From contig CAZQDR010000002.1 in the NCBI GenBank assembly GCA_964591715.1, positions 3,614-57,135 on the forward strand: a DNA stretch of 53,522 bases. The letters run 5' to 3'. Shown piece after piece: positions 41,856 to 47,172 of the stretch (the first letter of the stretch is position 1; each line of letters starts with the position of its first letter). The notes beneath the pieces are model-generated. The model was not told the DNA's origin. It saw nothing but the letters and a program-made list of their open reading frames with translations, and ran no database searches. The DNA comes from an uncultured Candidatus Saccharibacteria bacterium. Lineage in GTDB: Bacteria > Patescibacteriota > Minisyncoccia > Phycocordibacterales > JACOZG01. The position numbers and the translations under genes are program-made.

Positions 41856-41897
41856 AAAAAAAAGAGCCAGTCGTCGAGATGAAGCGACGAGAGGCTC
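41856..41897 (-). terminator. intrinsic terminator of the 41915..42229 gene
   Basis: Minus strand: gagcc-tc-tcgtcg / cttcatct / cgacga-ct-ggctc, followed by TTTTTTTT (A8 at 41856..41863 on the plus strand). Confidence 0.75.
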
Positions 41898-41914
41898 CGG
41901 GGGTAAACACTGGC

Positions 41915-42229
41915 TCATGCGGGACTCCTTTCCGCGGTCTGGGGGGAATAATAGGTGACACTAATTCCCCGAACCTGGAGAAATCCTTTGATCCGACCAA
42001 CTATAATGTCGGGTTTGGGCGCCTGTTGGCTAACCATCAGCGCCACTCCTTGGGCTCGATTGCGCGGGAGCTCGAGGCGCAATTTCGCGCCCGACATACT
42101 CGCCAGAGTCACTGGCAGATTGCCCAGTTCCCGTGCGACACTTTCCGCAAAGTCCACATTTTCTGGACCCAAGGCAATTACGAGCGTAAATTTGCCTTTT
42201 GATCTAATGGTCTCTAACGCCTTTTCCAT
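41915..42229 (-). CDS. hypothetical protein (104 aa)
   Basis: ORF track. A near-perfect SD aaggaggtga lies 3-4 nt upstream on the minus strand, with a strong terminator downstream. No family recognised. Confidence 0.6.
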   Translation of the reverse strand: MEKALETIRSKGKFTLVIALGPENVDFAESVARELGNLPVTLASMSGAKLRLELPRNRAQGVALMVSQQAPKPDIIVGRIKGFLQVRGISVTYYSPQTAERSPA

Positions 42230-42293
42230 CTCTCACCTCCTTTCAAGTATTAAAAAGTAGAGACCGGTGCCTCTTTCACCCTAGCACAAGACC

Positions 42294-42302
42294 TGATATA
42301 GT
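42294..42302 (+). promoter_or_regulatory. extended -10 TGaTATAGT 7 nt upstream of ATG 42310 (leaderless-type)
   Basis: accTGaTATAGTaaagcccATG. Confidence 0.45.
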
Positions 42303-42309
42303 AAAGCCC

Positions 42310-42528
42310 ATGTTTAAAGATTTTTTAATCAAAAAAATGTTGAAGGCCAAGGGCGCCAGCGACGAGCAGGCTAGCATGATGGTCGCCATGATGAACAAGA
42401 ATCCCGAGCTCTTCAAGCAAATTGCCGCCGAGACCGAGGTTAAGGTTAAGGCTGGTATACCGCAAGAGCAAGCCGCGATGGAGGTGATGATGGCCCACCA
42501 AGCCGAGCTCCAGGAGCTGATGAAATAA
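42310..42528 (+). CDS. small helical hypothetical protein (72 aa)
   Basis: ORF track. The stop lies 1 nt before the ychF start. Met/Ala/Glu-rich. Confidence 0.55.
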   Translation: MFKDFLIKKMLKAKGASDEQASMMVAMMNKNPELFKQIAAETEVKVKAGIPQEQAAMEVMMAHQAELQELMK

Positions 42529-42529
42529 T

Positions 42530-43519
42530 ATGGGCTTATCAATTGGTATTGTGGGGTTGCCCAACGTGGGGAAGTCGACGCTGTTTAACGCGCTGACTAA
42601 AAAAAGCGTGCCGGCCGAGAACTACCCGTTCTGCACCATTGATCCAGCGGTGGGTGTGGTCGCCGTGCCTGATCCACGGCTGCAAAAGTTGACCGACTTT
42701 TCTAAATCCAAGAAAACGGTGCCCGCCGCGATTGAGTTTGTGGACATTGCGGGCCTGGTGGCCGGAGCGGCCAAGGGCGAAGGTTTGGGTAATAAATTTT
42801 TAAGTCACATCCGCGAGGTGGATGCGATTGCGCACGTGGTTCGTACTTTTGAGGATCCAAATGTTATCCACGTCGCTAACAAAATTGATCCGCTAAATGA
42901 TATTGAGGTAATTAACTTGGAACTAGTGCTAGCTGATGCTGAAACGGTGAGCAAGCGCTTGGTGGGCGTTAGTCACGATGTAAAACGCGGTGTTAAAACA
43001 GCCGTGGCCGAGGAGCAGGCACTGCTTAAGGTGGCGGCGGCGCTTGATGAGGGTAAGTCTGCGACGGCCGCTAATTTGAATGCCGAAGAAAAGTTAATTT
43101 TAAAAATGCTCAACCTGCTGACCTTAAAGCCAATGCTCTATGTGGCCAACACTTCGGAGGCGGCCACCAATGTGGAGGTCACTTTTCCGGGCTTGACTGT
43201 TAAAGTAGACACCGTGTTTGAGGCCGGCCTTGATGACTTAATCCGCGCCAGCTATGAGCTCTTGGGTCTGATGACTTATTTTACCACTGGTGAGGATGAG
43301 ACGCGGGCTTGGACTATTAAAAAGGGGAGCACTGCGCCAGAGGCGGGGACAGCGATACATACTGATTTTAAAGAAAAATTTATCCGGGCCGAGGTAATTA
43401 ACTGGCAGGAGTTATTAACGGCCGGTTCCTACGCGGCGGCTCGTGAGAAGGGACTACTGAGAATTGAAGGTAAAGAATATATCGTCAAAGACGGCGACGT
43501 CATTGAGTTTAGGATTTAG
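42530..43519 (+). CDS. ychF: redox-regulated/ribosome-binding ATPase YchF (short form)
   Basis: 329 aa. GIVGLPNVGKSTLFNALT, FVDIAGLV.GA..GEGLGN.FL, C-terminal TGS-like ...YIVKDGDVIEFR. Confidence 0.9.
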   Translation: MGLSIGIVGLPNVGKSTLFNALTKKSVPAENYPFCTIDPAVGVVAVPDPRLQKLTDFSKSKKTVPAAIEFVDIAGLVAGAAKGEGLGNKFLSHIREVDAIAHVVRTFEDPNVIHVANKIDPLNDIEVINLELVLADAETVSKRLVGVSHDVKRGVKTAVAEEQALLKVAAALDEGKSATAANLNAEEKLILKMLNLLTLKPMLYVANTSEAATNVEVTFPGLTVKVDTVFEAGLDDLIRASYELLGLMTYFTTGEDETRAWTIKKGSTAPEAGTAIHTDFKEKFIRAEVINWQELLTAGSYAAAREKGLLRIEGKEYIVKDGDVIEFRI

Positions 43520-43534
43520 GAAAAATTAACGAGC

Positions 43535-43996
43535 GTGTTACTCGTAAAAACCAAAATTAAAGAGAGTGAGGTCCATGGAGTTGGTTTGTTTGCAGACCAA
43601 TTCATTCCGAAAGGAACTGAAATCTGGAGATTTACACCAGGCTTTGATCAAAAATTTACAAGGGAACAAATCCTAAGTTTTCCAGACTTACTTCAAATCT
43701 ATATCTACAAATATTGCTGGAGAAGCAAGAAAAGTAAATTGTATTGTTTATCTGCCGATAATGGAAAATACTTTAATCACTCTGAAAATCCGAATATCTT
43801 ATCCGGATACAGAGATAATGAGGAGGAAGTGGTTACCGTCGCTGTCCGAGATATAGAAACTGGAGAAGAAATTCTAGACAACTATTCATTTTTTGAAGAC
43901 GAGAAAAGCGAGAACAATGTTCTAGATGAAATTGCCGAAAAATTTCAGCTAAAAGATGAACTCGATCCTCGTTTTAAGAAGACGGTGGTGCGGTAG
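43535..43996 (+). CDS. SET-domain protein (putative protein-lysine methyltransferase)
   Basis: 153 aa, GTG start. ESEVHGVGLFADQFIPKGTEIWRF ... YFNHSENPN ... ETGEEILDNY are the SET motifs. Strongly AT-rich (line 43621: 20/60 GC). Confidence 0.7.
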   Translation: MLLVKTKIKESEVHGVGLFADQFIPKGTEIWRFTPGFDQKFTREQILSFPDLLQIYIYKYCWRSKKSKLYCLSADNGKYFNHSENPNILSGYRDNEEEVVTVAVRDIETGEEILDNYSFFEDEKSENNVLDEIAEKFQLKDELDPRFKKTVVR

Positions 43997-44008
43997 AGTT
44001 TAAGATTT

Positions 44009-44040
44009 AAAAAAATAGCCCCGTCTTTTATTGACAGGGC
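44009..44040 (-). terminator. intrinsic terminator (minus strand) of the 30-aa mini-ORF
   Basis: Stem 44018..44025 / 44033..44040. Its single mismatch is C-A on the plus strand but a G-U pair on the minus strand. A7 at 44009..44015 gives U7 on the minus-strand RNA. Confidence 0.55.
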
Positions 44041-44051
44041 CAGTAGCTTTC

Positions 44052-44144
44052 TCATCTCTGCTTGCGATGAAGTGCTCGTTGCTGCTTGGAGCAACAGCGG
44101 TGGCCCCAATGACAGCGACGTTCAAACCAGGCAGTTTTGGCCAT
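44052..44144 (-). CDS. possible 30-aa basic Cys/His-rich peptide
   Basis: Translated by hand: MAKTAWFERRCHWGHRCCSKQQRALHRKQR*. aaggag lies 6 nt upstream, with a minus-strand terminator directly downstream. Confidence 0.4.
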   Translation of the reverse strand: MAKTAWFERRCHWGHRCCSKQQRALHRKQR

Positions 44145-44216
44145 GCGGATCTCCTTTCTGTTAAGAGATTAGCATACACAAGATAGTGGTGCTGCAGAGT
44201 TTAAAATTTAGGCTAC

Positions 44217-44245
44217 TTGACGCATTGTGTAATTAGATGTATGAT
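44217..44245 (+). promoter_or_regulatory. sigma70-like promoter TTGACG-N17-TATGAT
   Basis: TTGACG 44217..44222, TATGAT 44240..44245, preceded by an AT-rich block. Confidence 0.5.
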
Positions 44246-44275
44246 AGGTTTTGAACCCATACAGAAAGGACATTT

Positions 44276-44467
44276 ATGCGAAAGTTTTGGCTTCTGATTG
44301 CTCTTTGGAACACTGTGGTTATGTGTGTGAATCTGAATGTTCTGCCGCACTTCGGTCCGGCAGCGATGACCTACATCACACCTCAATCGCAGATGCTTCC
44401 GATCATGATTCCGCTTGCTCTCTACGCGCTTTCCTTCGAACGAGTTCGAAGGAAAGCGCGTAGTTGA
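44276..44467 (+). CDS. possible small membrane protein (63 aa)
   Basis: ORF track: MRKFWLLIALWNTVVMCVNLNVLPHFGPAAMTYITPQSQMLPIMIPLALYALSFERVRRKARS. aaagga SD, with a promoter 30 nt upstream. Preferred over the overlapping 44251 ORF. Confidence 0.45.
   Translation: MRKFWLLIALWNTVVMCVNLNVLPHFGPAAMTYITPQSQMLPIMIPLALYALSFERVRRKARS
44422..44463. repeat. perfect 19-bp inverted repeat (4-nt spacer)
   Basis: ctacgcgctttccttcgaa (44422..44440) cgag ttcgaaggaaagcgcgtag (44445..44463). It lies in the last 15 codons of the 44276 ORF. Confidence 0.9.
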
Positions 44468-44493
44468 GATCAGTCGCCATCAAGCAATCAAGA

Positions 44494-44533
44494 GGGCGGC
44501 CTGTATCAACTCTAGGCTGCCCTTTCTTCTTTT
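44494..44533 (+). terminator. intrinsic terminator
   Basis: gggcggcct (44494..44502) / aggctgccc (44514..44522) with one G-U pair, then tttcttctttt. Confidence 0.6.
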
Positions 44534-44628
44534 AGAATATGGCAGTGTCATAATATTGTGCTAAATTAATGACGGACCAGGATTTTATCCTAATGCTGTC
44601 CAGCACAATCCAGCCAACGGAGGAATTT

Positions 44629-44820
44629 ATGTCAGGATCTGAAGATTCTATTATTGCCGGGATTTTGAGAGTCGAAGAAGGGAATGATCGGACCAATATG
44701 GTCAAGGTTCATAAACCCAGCCTCGGCCCTTACACCTCGAGCAATCCAAAAGTTTGCCTTGATTGCGACAAGCTGCTCGACGGGGTTCAAATCGACGAAC
44801 ACTGTCTTGCGAAAAAATAA
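44629..44820 (+). CDS. possible small protein (63 aa; 83 aa if started at 44569)
   Basis: The ORF track gives 44569..44820. The in-frame ATG 44629 has ggagga 5 nt upstream. It contains a CLDC...HC pattern. No family recognised. Confidence 0.4.
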   Translation: MSGSEDSIIAGILRVEEGNDRTNMVKVHKPSLGPYTSSNPKVCLDCDKLLDGVQIDEHCLAKK

Positions 44821-44906
44821 CACCCACCAACTCAACCCAGGAAACCCCTGTCGCGAGATGGTGGGTTTTCTGTTGGATGAAGATGGTAGTGTAATAGATT
44901 TTAAAA

Positions 44907-45062
44907 TCTAGGCAAAAAAGGTCGCGACACTGACAAACGTTTTGTCCTCGCTTGCGAGGGAGCGGTAGTCAATGTCCGACCAGTGAGTTGCTGAGATTTT
45001 GGTCGTTAGGGCTTCGCCTTCACCGACCGATCTACATGGGTTGGTAGTCAAAACAACCTTTT
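44907..45062 (+). ncRNA. candidate structured RNA (sRNA or 5' leader), unclassified
   Basis: TTGGAT(44873)-N16-TAGATT(44895) promoter. Nested helices ggtcg(44920..44924)/cgacc(44977..44981), gacactgac/gtcaatgtc, and cctcg-CUUG-cgagg (44946..44959). A second ggtcg...cgacc hairpin at 45001..45028. A weak ggttg/caacc+TTTT terminator at 45039..45062. No ORF. Confidence 0.2.
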
Positions 45063-45183
45063 GCAACTATATAGATACTATCAAAGAAGATAGTGATCCC
45101 ATAGAATTTAGAATCTTGCGCTCAAAGTCTACTACGGTTGAGTTAGCTGGAGGGGAAAAAGGATCTAGGTTATAGTTAGGGGC

Positions 45184-45975
45184 GTGAGTATTGTGGTTAT
45201 TACAACCGATGATAGCGCTAAGCGGGAATTTGTAAACCGATTACATCAACAAACTGGTGAGCAGGTTAAACTGGTGCTGGTCTACCGCAACCCTCGGGCT
45301 CGCTGGTGGCAGCGCTTTCAGCGTCGCCTAAAAACAGTTGGCTGGCCTAAGCTTTGGCACGAGTTTTGGTTTGCGCTAAAGTTGCGCATCTCGCGTCGCA
45401 CTCAGCAGGCGCTTAATTATTTTCATCGGGCGACGGTTAGCCCAGAACTGTCAGGGCAATTTATCCCGCCCACTAAATCAATTGTGACGGTTAACACTAA
45501 CGAGATTCACAAACTACTTCGTGAACTCTCGCCGGACTTAATTGTTGTCTGGGGCAGTCCAATTTTGCAGCCGCACATTATTAATTCGGCTAAAAAGGTG
45601 ATTAATTTACATATGGGCTACTGTCCGCACTATCGCGGCTCAATCTCTAATCAGTGGGCGGTGCTCGATAATCGCTGGGAGTGTATTGGCGCAACTATTC
45701 ACTATGTGGAGCAGGAGGTAGATAGTGGCCAAATCTTAAGTATTATTCCCGCCGACCACAGTAAGCCGCCAGAGGAACTTTTTTTGGATCTCAACAATCG
45801 CGCTCGCGAGCAGTACTTGGATATTGCCACTCGACTTTACAATGGAGAGGATTTGCCTGGGGTGCCACAGGATATCTCGCTTGGCCGCAAGACTTTTATT
45901 AAAGACTGGACGCATGAGCGTCGCTATCGGGTCGCGAAAGCCATTTTGGATTGGGAGCAGCATTATTCTAATTGA
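45184..45975 (+). CDS. formyltransferase-fold protein (Fmt/PurN N-terminal-domain-like)
   Basis: 263 aa, GTG start (uncertain). DLIVVWGSPILQPHII...VINLHMGYCPHYRGSISNQWAVL...GATIHYVEQEVDSGQIL follows the formyl_trans_N pattern (H...P.yRG, D.G.I). Confidence 0.6.
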   Translation: MSIVVITTDDSAKREFVNRLHQQTGEQVKLVLVYRNPRARWWQRFQRRLKTVGWPKLWHEFWFALKLRISRRTQQALNYFHRATVSPELSGQFIPPTKSIVTVNTNEIHKLLRELSPDLIVVWGSPILQPHIINSAKKVINLHMGYCPHYRGSISNQWAVLDNRWECIGATIHYVEQEVDSGQILSIIPADHSKPPEELFLDLNNRAREQYLDIATRLYNGEDLPGVPQDISLGRKTFIKDWTHERRYRVAKAILDWEQHYSN

Positions 45976-45999
45976 CATCTCGCTCCTGGGTGCTACGGT
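45972..45999 (+). promoter_or_regulatory. sigma70-like promoter TTGACA-N16-TACGGT
   Basis: TTGACA 45972..45977 overlaps the stop of the preceding gene. TACGGT 45994..45999. Confidence 0.4.
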
Positions 46000-46016
46000 A
46001 GTAATGGAGGTGAGCC

Positions 46017-46154
46017 ATGATTCAGTGGATTCATCAGGCCGCTGAGTGGATCAGTCGGACAACTAGTTGGGGAATTATGTTTTTTGTAATCTGGGGCGGC
46101 ATTGCCTTCCTCCAGATTTGGTTCGGTAACCGAGCCGCCCGTCGCAGCAAATGA
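46017..46154 (+). CDS. possible 45-aa Trp-rich membrane peptide
   Basis: Translated by hand: MIQWIHQAAEWISRTTSWGIMFFVIWGGIAFLQIWFGNRAARRSK*. ggaggtga lies 4 nt upstream. Followed by hairpins and a T7 run. Confidence 0.45.
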   Translation: MIQWIHQAAEWISRTTSWGIMFFVIWGGIAFLQIWFGNRAARRSK

Positions 46155-46214
46155 CGGGCCCGCCTGCAACGTTATGCGTCGCATTTCGGGCAGGCTTTTT
46201 TTATGCCCGAAACG

Positions 46215-46223
46215 TGGTATAGT
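46215..46223 (+). promoter_or_regulatory. extended -10 TGgTATAGT 7 nt upstream of ATG 46231 (leaderless-type)
   Basis: acgTGgTATAGTaagacacATG. Confidence 0.45.
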
Positions 46224-46230
46224 AAGACAC

Positions 46231-47172
46231 ATGAATCCAATCAAAACCAGTGCGCGCGACTTCTTTTTGCATTTGGGGGTAATCGTCACTTTGTATGTTA
46301 GTGCGGTGAGTTTATTAAGACTCCTGTTTGAGATTATTAATATTTCGTTTCCCGATCAGCTAGCGTATCAGTATTACGGCAATCCGTATTCGACTGGCAT
46401 CCGGATGGCGATCGCCTCGCTTCTGATCATGTTCCCGCTTTATCTGATTTTAACTTGGCTCTTAAACCGAGACTACGCCCGCGTACCCGAGAAGCGTGAG
46501 CTCTGGATCCGCAAGTGGTTAATTTACATTACTCTTTTCGTGGCTGGACTGACGCTCGCCATTGATTTGATTGTTTTACTGCATTACTTTTTGGGTGGCG
46601 AAATTACCACCCGTTTTGCGCTTAAAGTTTTAGCGGTGCTAATGGTGGCGATTGGCATCTTTACTTATTATCTCTTTGATGTGCGCCGTCCGGCTGGTGT
46701 AAGTGCTAAAGCCCGTCGCAGCAGTGCGGTGGCGGCAATTGTGGTGGTGCTAGCCTCAATTATTACTGGCTTTATGATCATGGGCTCACCGTTTACGGTT
46801 CGCCTCATCCGCTTAGATGAGCAAAAGGTCAATGATCTGACCAATATTCAGTGGCAGATTATCCGTCATTGGCAAAGTAAAGGTACTTTACCCAACAATT
46901 TAGGCGAGCTGTCCGACTCGATCTCTGGTACGGTCACCCCAGTTGATGCTCAAACTGGTGCAGCTTACGAGTACCGAGCCTTGGCGGCAGAGCAGTTTGA
47001 GTTGTGTGCCACCTTTAATCGACCCAACTCGACCAAGCTCGCTAACAGCAACACCCGGCCGATCGAGCGAATGAGCCCTGACAGTGAGAACTGGCAACAT
47101 GGTGCAGGCCGCTCCTGCTTTACGCGCACGATTGACCCCGAGCTTTATCCGGTAACGCCGCGCAAGGTTTAA
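46231..47172 (+). CDS. membrane protein (DUF5671-like N-terminal 4-TM region)
   Basis: The ORF track gives 46102. ATG 46231 (MNPIKTSARDFFLHLGVIVTLYVSAVSLL...) follows the -10 box. The call is from memory of CPR annotations. Confidence 0.55.
   Translation: MNPIKTSARDFFLHLGVIVTLYVSAVSLLRLLFEIINISFPDQLAYQYYGNPYSTGIRMAIASLLIMFPLYLILTWLLNRDYARVPEKRELWIRKWLIYITLFVAGLTLAIDLIVLLHYFLGGEITTRFALKVLAVLMVAIGIFTYYLFDVRRPAGVSAKARRSSAVAAIVVVLASIITGFMIMGSPFTVRLIRLDEQKVNDLTNIQWQIIRHWQSKGTLPNNLGELSDSISGTVTPVDAQTGAAYEYRALAAEQFELCATFNRPNSTKLANSNTRPIERMSPDSENWQHGAGRSCFTRTIDPELYPVTPRKV

Noticed and set aside
44920-45030. Calling the structured region a ZTP (pfl) riboswitch
   Set aside because: Only short strings resemble the consensus. 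The 5' UGGCG/3' CGCCUGGGC pseudoknot pair is absent, and the 5' segment pairs locally instead. I kept it only as an unclassified candidate.
45993-46289. 98-aa minus-strand ORF, and the long N-terminal extension of the 46102 ORF
   Set aside because: Both overlap the SD-led 45-aa ORF, its hairpins, and the -10 box that precedes ATG 46231. Neither has any translation signals.
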